IMG/VR virus record: IMGVR_UViG_3300044513_002991
Coordinates: 1-31,868 of that record
Origin: a virus
Taxonomy: Duplodnaviria; Caudoviricetes
Reading direction: 5' to 3' (one strand)
Length of the DNA stretch: 31,868 nucleotides
A program made the translations under genes and the position numbers. Below, one piece after another: positions 11,501 through 18,900 of the stretch; within the stretch, counting starts at the first letter, position 1, and the number at the start of each line of letters is the position of its first letter. Under the pieces are notes generated by a model that saw only the letters and a program-made list of their open reading frames with translations, ran no database searches and was not told the DNA's origin.

Positions 11501-14415
11501 CTGGCACTGCAGTAACATTTAGTTCTTCAGGTAGTGGAAACGCACATACTCTTGAAATGTCCAAGAGAATGGAAAAATCCATCATTCTTGTCGATGGTGT
11601 TGTCCAAAGTCCAATCGCATTTACTCCAAATACATGCACTCTATTTGATAATGGTGGATCTATTGGTGTAGGAAACACTTACTTCTCAGTTTCTGGAATA
11701 TCTTCAATACTCCCTGGAGATCTTTTGAAGATTGATAACGAATATGTCAAGGTTGATTCTGTTGGTCTTGGCACAACTTCTGTTGGACCTATCACAGGAA
11801 CTGGATCTTTTAACATTGTTAAGACAGTAAGAGGATTTGTTGGATCTTCAGCATCTACTCACACTGATGGCACTACTGCAAGAGTTTATCTTGGATCTTT
11901 CAACATCGTCAATAACAAAGTATATTTCACAGAGCCTCCACAAGGAAACAGCACAGATGTTGTAGATCTTGGTAATATTCCTACTCCAAGGTCATCATTC
12001 AGCGGTAGAGTATATCTGAGAGATGATTACTCCACTAACCAAATCTATGACAATATTTCGAAGTCATTCACTGGTATTAATTCTTCATACACTTTGACTG
12101 TTGGTGGAGCAAATACAACTGGAATTGAAACTGGAAGTGGTGTATTGTTTATTAATGATATCTTCCAAACACCAACTACACAAAATAATGTAGGAAATAA
12201 CTATAGTTTCACCGAATCTGCTGGTATTTCTACTGTAGTCTTTACTGGTATTACCACTTCTGGTGGATTACTAATTTCTGATTATGATGTCAACACAAAT
12301 CAACTTCCAAGAGGTGGAATTATTGTTTCGCTTGGTTCAACACCTGGTCTTGGATATGCACCTCTTGTCGGAGCTGCTGTAACTGCAGTTGTTGGTGCTG
12401 GAGGGTCTATCGTATCTGTCGGTCTTGGTGCTACCGATATAGTTGGATCTGGATATAATGGATTGGTTTCAATCGGTGTATCTGTATATGAAAGTGGTCA
12501 TGTAGGTGATGTTGCTTCTATCACTGCAACTGTTGGTGCAGGTGGTACGTTATCATTCTCAGTTGGTGCAGGTGGCACTGGATATAGCAATCCACAAATA
12601 CATGTAACTGAGCCATCTTACGAAAATCTGAGTGTTACTGGTGTATCAAGACTTGGATTTGGTGCTACTACCGATACAGGAACTGGTTTGTTAATGTCTA
12701 TTGATGTTGGTGCTAGCTCCAGAACTGGAATTGGGTCTACTTTGTTTGAAGTATCTTCCTTCAAGATTACAAGACCTGGATATGGATTTAGAGTTGGTGA
12801 TGTCTTTACGCCTGTAGGACTTGTCACAGGTGTAAATCTATCTTCACCAGTAGAGCAATTCCAAGTAACAGTTCTTGATATATTTACAGATTCCTTCTCT
12901 TCATGGCAATTTGGAGAGTTAGATTTTATTGACCCAATTGACACATTACAAAATGGTGCTAGAACTAGATTCCCACTTTACTATAATGGAAATCTTTTAA
13001 GTTTCGAAATTGATAGAAACGATTCGGAATCATCGAAGATTGACCTAAATTATGTCCTATTGATATTTGTAAATGGTGTCATCCAAGAACCTGGTTTAAA
13101 TTACTTCTTTGAAGGAGGCACATCTTTCATATTCACTTCTCCACCAGAAGAAGGTGATGATATCGATATCTTCTTCTACAGAGGAACACGCAACACAGAC
13201 AGTTTAACTGTTACTGTTAATGAAACAATAAAAGTTGGCGATACCTTAAGAGTCAAGAAGAGTGATACTGTTGGATTTACAACTAGTCAAACTGACAGGA
13301 CTGTCTATAACATTACTGCATCTGATAAAGTTGAAACAAACATATATTCTGGTCTTGGAATTGATGAGCAAAATTACAAGCCATTTGACTGGACTAAGCA
13401 AAAAGTTGATATGAATATCAATGGTGAATTAGTCTATAAGTCTAGAGATTCTATTGAGGCTCAGGTATATCCAACTGCAAGAATAATTGGTGATTTTTCA
13501 ACATCTGCCACTGAGGTATTTGTAGATGATGCACAATTCTTCAACTACGAAGAAAATGAATCATCAATCGTAATTAGTGATGTTGATGGTCTTATTGTTT
13601 CCAGTAATGACCCAGTAGCAGCTGCTATAACCGCAGTTGTTTCTGCTGCTGGCACAATCACTTCACTGTCTATTGTTGATGGTGGGTCTGGATATACTGG
13701 TTCTTCTGTCACCCTTTCTATTGCTGCACCTAAGTCTGTAGGAGTTGGTGTTGGGACAACAGCAACAGCAACTGGGTCTATTACTGCAGGTATTATCACC
13801 ACAGTATCAGTCACTAATCCTGGATTTGGTTACACTACTTCAAATCCTCCATTAGTCCTTGCTCCAACTCCTAATGTATCATATGAGAATATTATTGAAA
13901 TTAGTACCGTAGAAGGTTTCTCTGGTATTATAACTGGCATCTCAACAACCACTGGCACTGCAGGAAATCCATTAGCAATTCAATTCTTCTTGAATTCTAG
14001 CTCATTTGCTGGTCTTACCACTGGATATCCAATTCATATCTTCGGAACTGGAGTTGGATCTGGAGTAACATCTATCGATGATAGTAACTCTGCTGTGGTT
14101 GGAATTGGTACAACATTCTGCGATAACATCTACATCATCCATACACTGAATAGTCCTGGTGGGTCTAACGCAAACATCATTGTTAATGTTGATTCTGGTA
14201 CTGATGTTACTGGTTTATCTACCACTGGGTCTACTACTTTACCAGTTGGAAAATTCTCTTGGGGTAGACTTTCTGGATTTACCAGAGCATCTTCACCAAT
14301 TTCAATTGGTGTAACTGGTCTTACAATTGATTCTGGATTATCAACATTCCCAACTATCCAAAGAAGAGGGTATGGTTTGAGAGATAGTGGAAGTTTGAGA
14401 AAAGATCTAGGATAG
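2551..14415 (+). CDS. gp7: Giant baseplate wedge initiator gp7-like protein
   Basis: 3954-aa ORF between gp6 and gp8. N-terminal QLPEF...FLKQYY and FIKEARSLYESKGTEESFKILFKVLYG, and internal DNDYYQNLSYSIKS...VNRLLHTSGLKNF resemble cyanophage gp7; many Gly/Ser/Thr-rich beta modules. Confidence 0.85.
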   Translation: MIKTGFETRVKVQQIIENQLPEFLRSESPKAVDFLKQYYISQEYQGAPADLANNLDQYLKIDNLTPEVITGITTLSSSITASSDTVHVGSTKGFPAQYGLFQIDNEIFTYTGITTNSFTGCVRGFSGITSYRSELNPEELIFKETDQAAHTSGATVKNLSSEFLKEFYKKLKYTLTPGLENVDFVSNLNVNNFIKEARSLYESKGTEESFKILFKVLYGVTPKVIDLEDRLIKPSSSQFLRREVIVVEPISGDPSKLIGQTIRKSSDSQTQASVSEVEVFTRGGNVTYFKLGLFVGYDDRDLIEGTFNIQPKTKAINTASAGASSIIVDTTIGFPASGTLISGNNTITYTSKTVNQFLGCSGINNTISVADEIRTDEVFFGYENGDITKKVEVRITGVLSKFETVSDIKLSTEGQKIYVKNVGEKITNPESDKTYKQLFANSWIYNTSSRYYVDSISGSNFVLKSDIDKSSLKVGDTVDILLGSTENVDHANATVASISGSQVTLDNLIGFTYNSTLEYSIRRKLKTASSTGTPVLYGNGALVSDVQNLYNENDEYFYVASNSLPSYGITKTVKKSSISSANSTTLKGYNSITEKYSIISFPTSVPFITGDEIYYSASDAALTGMPEGNYYVKVLSPDNQIKLYLSRSLIVSDNPVEFTSSSSTGSHTFVLASQKDEEIKPQKVLKKFPFDKNIKLGKNEATIPGSTGMLVNGVEIINYKSDDKIYYGPLDKITLYNTGSGYDVINPPDVVISAGAGTTALVRPTLKGSLKEVIVDPQDFDIKRITSVTLTGGNGSGAILDPVLEKRFREVEFDSRVSTDGGGIDIAADTLTFSTQHKFSNGDAIVYNRNGNNAVGVGTFGGSNADTGTTLSSGSVYYTEVVNSTTVKLYPTLSDYNAGINTVGFTTSNTQGIHKFRTLEGKNTLRSIKVINPGSDYENKKLIVKPENVSTVEDNIFFENHGFSDGDIVNYTTTGTVIAGLSTTISYYIIKQTDDRFRLASAGAGATITTNYVSGNYVNLTSTGTGYHNFSYPDIQLNISAEYDGVSGIITATPIVTGEITNLYLYEKGTGYGSNVLNFHKRPSVSIKTGKEVELKPIVTGGRVSSVQVTNSGSEYSSAPELTVVGAGVGAKLRAIVSNGEVTQVVVINGGIGYNANTTISAISRGINAFAEASVRELTVNNENRFGSEVLLDNPTNLQGLEYGVVGYTTSIGNQFSDTGSQHSPIIGWAYDGNPIYGSYGYSDASDVNSSVKVLVSGYTKSTSNVTDRPSGFTSGFFVEDYKFDNSGDLDQYNGRYCKTPEFPNGVYAYFATLSSTTFESTFPYFVGNSYKSLFVSQNVNQDFNFNSSSLVRNTFPYKVGDRYSDNDFISESNEILVQRANIDSVTKGEVNKLTVNLAGTGYAVGDVASFDNTGTDGGGLSADVKSITGKTITNLNTSVNTYQGAKVIWEDSNSVSLHIDKVNVVGDGNSVVVSGLSTFIGGLTKSHIVGVTSEKTYLIKQIPSNATAGVVTDMYVSRIPVSLSVGSTVAIGTEKLSVLTIFPENKVVRALRGVTGTAHTASTEASVLTGKLSLSVKTPYFNSKLNKKVYFNPTHSVGIGTTTGISVSKNYVIGDITKTVSVPTQSIYLPNHPFKTSQPVVFEKLTGSNPVSVSNTEGSGTFSIPAGDSQTLYVINKSKDYIGLTTEVGLTTSTDGLYFRSFTANGDDTDYQYSFETNYTQVTAKVQKIESTLTLSQSHSLAVNDRVTLTVKPNQSVGIGTSTAIVVKYNSTNNKLLINPIGFTSTGVSTTTNELTISSHGLLTGDKVFYDSSDEVISGLETGSYYVYRIDDDTINLSSTYYNALSSPPSVVSFASTGGSGHEISRINPQIKTIRNNNLVFDVTDSSLSGYNFKLFEDKDFYNELVSVGSSTTFNVTGVGTVGVSTNASVTLNYGSTLPTKVYYALEKTGYISTSDKNVANYSQILFVDSDYNGTYSVTGIGSTTFTISLRTNPERPSYTQSNTEVLKYSTTSLTEKGGVDSMRITSKGLNYKKLPKFVSIASSTGESVDIIPESTNIGRINEVTIEDQGFDFSADKTLSPEAFVSPIVNLVNRNTITNVGVSFGGANYTSAPDLVVVNPLTGQAYTNGILEAKLQGSSIDEVEIVEVPRGLSDTVNKVYAVNNSNGIGIASCISSTSGILTCILTTPIAGFTTDAFSIGDKVFLENIRKYGTSGDGFNSSNHEYNFFNVIGYTNSNPARVVVDISPYTTNAGVAITDQNNYASIINQTDYPTFTITQETLNFIIGETLFTLDGSTYVERDLVVTENLSDSIKIYGSYELSASEVILGKDSGTIATVESLDNNRAFFRLDYSLRKDMGWSDDIGKMNLDYQVTPDNDYYQNLSYSIKSPIEYEDLVNPVNRLLHTSGLKNFADTEISSKSTVAAGTSISSSSLALLDIISEERVDTIKNYDLAIDIDTQSFSPTKSKFLKLQNKKLSNYIECLSNRVLPIDNVSAQFSSNNGETELYADISDYSINDGYSRFLVQIVNPDNTERQTTEVITLPSPSGDIVTVEKGSVYNTANEVGELTGFINGSNELSLRFIPDEKFNSDYDIKILKNNFSSGLTGIGTQSIGFINLTGANVSVGSATTQTFFSADTGSAKAFFINAEVENRTTDEINYVELYVSHNDTDTYISEYYFDNDSPSELTGRFIGSFSANIDSGVVSIKYNNTDSNDVFVRTRIVGFGTTASGIGTYRFKSSGQPDGSENTARLESGFVNASGISTILTVSKSDVTSIKTIARIGYGSTTSLHQLLTIHDNTDTYLTQYPFLSDDSVTGIGTFGSEISGSDLIVKFYPDASVTDTVNIQTYSEIIQTERDLINIPLDLTYGTISESVSVSAYNGRNGNRVNKLDFDLKTNNTPIFQKTFNPSNTDVLNLGTGTFTIKDHFFSTGEKLNYVSASSFSGQSSSDIQVSGASDLPDEVYAIRVNSDQFRLATSKANATAGTAVTFSSSGSGNAHTLEMSKRMEKSIILVDGVVQSPIAFTPNTCTLFDNGGSIGVGNTYFSVSGISSILPGDLLKIDNEYVKVDSVGLGTTSVGPITGTGSFNIVKTVRGFVGSSASTHTDGTTARVYLGSFNIVNNKVYFTEPPQGNSTDVVDLGNIPTPRSSFSGRVYLRDDYSTNQIYDNISKSFTGINSSYTLTVGGANTTGIETGSGVLFINDIFQTPTTQNNVGNNYSFTESAGISTVVFTGITTSGGLLISDYDVNTNQLPRGGIIVSLGSTPGLGYAPLVGAAVTAVVGAGGSIVSVGLGATDIVGSGYNGLVSIGVSVYESGHVGDVASITATVGAGGTLSFSVGAGGTGYSNPQIHVTEPSYENLSVTGVSRLGFGATTDTGTGLLMSIDVGASSRTGIGSTLFEVSSFKITRPGYGFRVGDVFTPVGLVTGVNLSSPVEQFQVTVLDIFTDSFSSWQFGELDFIDPIDTLQNGARTRFPLYYNGNLLSFEIDRNDSESSKIDLNYVLLIFVNGVIQEPGLNYFFEGGTSFIFTSPPEEGDDIDIFFYRGTRNTDSLTVTVNETIKVGDTLRVKKSDTVGFTTSQTDRTVYNITASDKVETNIYSGLGIDEQNYKPFDWTKQKVDMNINGELVYKSRDSIEAQVYPTARIIGDFSTSATEVFVDDAQFFNYEENESSIVISDVDGLIVSSNDPVAAAITAVVSAAGTITSLSIVDGGSGYTGSSVTLSIAAPKSVGVGVGTTATATGSITAGIITTVSVTNPGFGYTTSNPPLVLAPTPNVSYENIIEISTVEGFSGIITGISTTTGTAGNPLAIQFFLNSSSFAGLTTGYPIHIFGTGVGSGVTSIDDSNSAVVGIGTTFCDNIYIIHTLNSPGGSNANIIVNVDSGTDVTGLSTTGSTTLPVGKFSWGRLSGFTRASSPISIGVTGLTIDSGLSTFPTIQRRGYGLRDSGSLRKDLG

Positions 14416-14416
14416 T

Positions 14417-14424
14417 TATAAATA
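14417..14424 (+). promoter_or_regulatory. T4 late promoter (TATAAATA)
   Basis: Perfect consensus in the gp7-gp8 intergenic gap, 18 nt before the gp8 ATG. Confidence 0.88.
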
Positions 14425-14442
14425 TAGAAAAAAGCTATTAAG

Positions 14443-15990
14443 ATGGCGGCAATTGTAACAGACCAGTTTAGAATATTAAATGCTGGAAACTTCGTAGATT
14501 CTGTCGGCAGTAATTCCAATTCATATTATGTTTTTGTAGGATTGTCAAATCCAACTGCGTCTGGGTTTGGTAGAGAGACTGATTGGGATACTGACACTCC
14601 TACTCCAACTGATAATTTTAACTATGAGAATTTTGTTGGAGACAGTATGATGTATGGTAAGAGGGTAACCTCTACCAATGTAAGGAGACTGGCAAGAAAG
14701 ATTGAGTGGGCGAGAGGTACAAAATATGAAATGTATCGTCATGACTATAGTCTGACAAACTTATCACCAATTACAAGGTCATCCAGATTATATGATGCAA
14801 ATTATTATGTAATCAACAGTGAGTATAAAGTTTATATTTGCATTGATAATGGATCTTCGGGTATTAATACAACAGGAAATGCATCATTAGATGAGCCAAC
14901 TTTCACAGACTTGGAGCCATCCAAAGCAGGTGTCAGTGGTGATGGGTATGTTTGGAAGTATCTCTTTACAATCACTCCAAGTGATATTATTAAGTTTGAT
15001 TCGACAGAATATATTTCTCTCCCAAGTGATTGGTCAACCTCTACTAATGCACAAATAACTGCAGTAAGAGGTAATGCAAATTCTGATGTAAATGAAAATC
15101 AGATAAAGAAAATTTATGTTGATAATCGTGGTGCTGGATACTCTCAGGGATCACATGAATTAAATATCATCGGTGACGGGTCTGGAGCAAAAGTCGTTGT
15201 TGAAGTTAATAGCTCTGGTCAGATTACAAACACGGTAGTTTCTTCTGGTGGTAAAGGATACACATATGGTGTTGTAGATCTTGGGTCAATCAATGCCAAC
15301 TCTTCAACAAAAGCAAACTTAATTCCGGTCATTCCACCTTCTAAAGGTCATGGTTATGACATCTATAAAGAATTGGGTGCTGATAAGGTATTGGTTTATG
15401 CAAGATTTGATGATTCTACAAGAGATTTCCCAGTAGACACTAACTTTGCTCAGATTGGAATCGTTAAGAATCCAACTTCGATTGGGTCAACTGCTCTGTT
15501 TACAGAAAATCAATTCTCATCTCTTGGTTCTATTAAGTTTTCATCAACTTCTGGTACAGTTTCTATTGGCGATAGAATCAACCAATCAGTTACTGATGGA
15601 ACTGCAAAAGGATTTGTTGCATCATATGATGCTGAAACCAAGGTTATTAAGTATTTCCAAGACAGGTCACTGTTTTTAAACCAGACTACTTATGATACCA
15701 CAGATTATGTCGGTATTTCTACATTATCAAAAGTTTTGAGTTTTGAATCTACTGGAAATGCAGTAACTACTACTGGTGGTTTTTCTGGTTCTGTTGATAC
15801 TGCATTTACTGGGATTACTACAAATCCAACTGGGTCTAAAATTGTTTCTCTTGGGTCTCAATTTACAAATGGACTTTCCTCATCTGAGATAAATAAAGGG
15901 TCGGGGGATGTAATTTATCTTGATAATCGCCCCGTGATTTCAAGAAATTCTAGACAAAAAGAAGACGTTAAAATTATCCTGGAATTTTAA
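14443..15990 (+). CDS. gp8: Baseplate wedge subunit gp8
   Basis: 515 aa; MAAIVTDQFRILNA, YKVYICIDNG, DGYVWKYLFTI and the C-terminal SGDVIYLDNRPVISRNSRQKEDVKIILEF are diagnostic of T4-like gp8. Confidence 0.93.
   Translation: MAAIVTDQFRILNAGNFVDSVGSNSNSYYVFVGLSNPTASGFGRETDWDTDTPTPTDNFNYENFVGDSMMYGKRVTSTNVRRLARKIEWARGTKYEMYRHDYSLTNLSPITRSSRLYDANYYVINSEYKVYICIDNGSSGINTTGNASLDEPTFTDLEPSKAGVSGDGYVWKYLFTITPSDIIKFDSTEYISLPSDWSTSTNAQITAVRGNANSDVNENQIKKIYVDNRGAGYSQGSHELNIIGDGSGAKVVVEVNSSGQITNTVVSSGGKGYTYGVVDLGSINANSSTKANLIPVIPPSKGHGYDIYKELGADKVLVYARFDDSTRDFPVDTNFAQIGIVKNPTSIGSTALFTENQFSSLGSIKFSSTSGTVSIGDRINQSVTDGTAKGFVASYDAETKVIKYFQDRSLFLNQTTYDTTDYVGISTLSKVLSFESTGNAVTTTGGFSGSVDTAFTGITTNPTGSKIVSLGSQFTNGLSSSEINKGSGDVIYLDNRPVISRNSRQKEDVKIILEF
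15888..15895 (+). promoter_or_regulatory. Probable intragenic late promoter (GATAAATA)
   Basis: Consensus match inside the 3' end of gp8 (codons E-I-N-K), about 100 nt before the next start. Confidence 0.55.
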
Positions 15991-15993
15991 AAA

Positions 15994-18900
15994 ATGCCAC
16001 AGAAAACGAATCTCAATATAAGCCCTTATTATGATGATTTTGACAAGTATGATAATTTCTACAGGGTCTTATTTAAACCAGGATTCCCTATTCAAGCTAG
16101 GGAGTTAACGACTTTACAATCAATTCTACAAAACCAAGTAGAAGCGTTTGGTAGTCATGTTTTCAAAGAGGGATCGATGGTCATCCCTGGAAACATCAGT
16201 TATGATGCTGAATACTACTCGGTAAGAATTAATCAAGAGCATCTTGGTATTGATGTTGGAGCATATGCCAACAGCCTTGTTGGAAAGAGGTTGAGAGGAG
16301 AAACGTCAGATATTGTTGCTGTAGTAGACAAATATCTTGCTGTTTCCGAAGCAGATGGCATTACAGATATAACTCTGTTTGTTAAGTATCTTTCATCTGG
16401 CACAAACAATGAGATCGCATACTTCACTGATGGTGAAGTGCTCATCACGGATGATGCTTTTACCTACGGAAACACACCAGTAAGTGAGGGTGATACCGTT
16501 GCAACTCTGGTATCTCAAGATGCATGTGCAAGAGGCACATCAGTTTCAATTGGTGCAGGTGTTTATTTTATCAGAGGCACTTTTGTAGACGTTGCTGCAG
16601 ATAAAATTATCTTAGATGCATATACTGCAACTCCATCTTACAGAGTTGGTCTAACAATCTCTGAAGAGTTAGTAACTGCAAAAGACGATGCATCACTTTA
16701 TGATAATGCAAAAGGATTTTCAAACTATGCAGCACCAGGTGCAGATAGACTGAAGATTTCTACAACTCTTTCTAAGAAGAGTCTGACAGACTACAATGAT
16801 AAGACTTTTGTTGAGTTGTTGAGAATTGAAGATGGTGAAATTAAAAAATTACAAAATAAGTCTGAGTATAGTATAATTAAAGATTACTTCGCAAAGAGAA
16901 CTTACGAAGAATCGGGTGACTACTCGGTTGGTAGATTCAATATTGAAGTAAAAGAATCCTTAAACAACGGTCTTTCTAACGAAGGTGTGTACACATCTTT
17001 ACAGAAGACTGATTCTGGGAATACACCATCAGACAACCTCTTGTCTGTTAAAGTGTCTGCAGGAAAGGCATATGTAAGAGGATATGACATTGAAACATCT
17101 TCTACAACTGTTTTGGATGTAGAAAAACCAAGAGATAAGAAAACTGTTTCACAATCTTTGGTCCCATTTGAGTTTGGTACTCTTCTCAGAGTTAATAATG
17201 TATTTGGCACACCTTTTATTGGTATTAACAATAATACAAATACAGTAAAACTCTTTAGCCAGAGAAGAAACTCTACAACTTCTGGAACTGGTGTTGAGAT
17301 TGGTGAGGCAAGAATTTATTCATTCAGCGTTACTGATGCTGCATATTCTAATGATTCGACTGAGTGGGATTTATACCTCTTTGATGTCCAGACTTATGTA
17401 AAACTGACTGTAAATGAATCGTTATCAGCATCACAATGTCCAGCAACATCATTTATTCGTGGTGTAAGTAGTGGAGCATCTGGTTATGTTACAACTGCTG
17501 CTTCTGGATCGGAAATTACACTTACACAGACTTCTGGTACATTTATTGATGGTGAGCAACTTCTCATTAATGAGACAACAGAAGTTTCTAGGTCTGTAAA
17601 ATCCTCCAAGGTTTATGGAATTCAAGATGTTAAGTCTATATGGCAAGACGCATCTTCATTCTCTGGTCTGAGTGTAGACTTTGTTGCAGATACTGTACTT
17701 CAAAAAACACTTCCAAAGAATTTTGGAATTGCTGACAGAGTTAGAATTACAACAGGAGGAAATGTAACATCACCAGGTAAATTCTTTACAGGAATTAAGA
17801 CTGATACTATCATTAGATATCAAATTGCTGGAGTCACGACAGAAACTTTCAACAGAGTATCTGCAGTTTCTGCTGACGGGTCATCAATGACTGTAGTTGC
17901 AGTTAATGATGTATTTGGTGTTTGCGATGGTGGTCTTCCAGGGTCTAATCAAGACGTTACTTTCTCTATTGCAAATCCTGTAGTTAGAGAAAATGGCGGT
18001 CTTTATGCAAACATCGGGTCTAGTGATGTTGCATCAGTAAGTTTGTCAGATTCAAATCTTATTGTTACCAAACAAATTACTGGAGAAACTACCGATTCTA
18101 GCGGAAGTATGACAATTCCAATTTCTTCAGTTGGAATTACAAGTGCTTTCTTTGAATCTTTTGATGCTGAGAGATATGGTATTTTCTATTCAAATGGTGC
18201 AATTGAAGATTTAACCTCAGACCAATTCACTTTAGCTTCTGGTGGTGACAGTGTTACTATCAGTGGTCTGACAGCATCTCAGAGTAATGTTGTTGTCAAT
18301 GCAACAGTTAAGAAAAACAATATCAAAAATAAGAAGAAAGAATATACAAGAAGTGAAAAGGTATCTGTAACAAGAACTGTTTCTGGAGTATCAACCAGCA
18401 CTTCTGGTCTTACGCAAAATAATTTCTACGGATTGAGAGTTGAAGATAAGGAAATTTCCCTTAATCTTCCCGATGCCGTAAAAGTTATTGCTGTTTATGA
18501 ATCCTATAATAGCAGTGCTCCAACTTTAGATTCTTTAGAGTTTCCATCTGGTCTCGGATTGGATACGAATTCTATTCTTGGCGAAAGAATTGTAGGAAGA
18601 GACAATGGAGCTATTGCTCAAATTGTAACTCGCTCATCCGCAACTAAAGTTGAGGTCGTATACTTAAACTCCAACAGATTTGTTGTTGGTGAAGTTGTCG
18701 ATTTTGAAGAATCTGCAATTACTTCAACAATACAAGTAGTTAATGTTGGAAGCTATCAGGACATTACTGATAAATTCTATCTCAATAAAGGTCAGAGAGA
18801 GCATTATTACGATTATTCACGAATTGTAAGAAAAGGTGATGGTTATATTCCATCTCATCAGTTACTGGTAATTTTTGATTATTATAGCATCCCAACTAAT

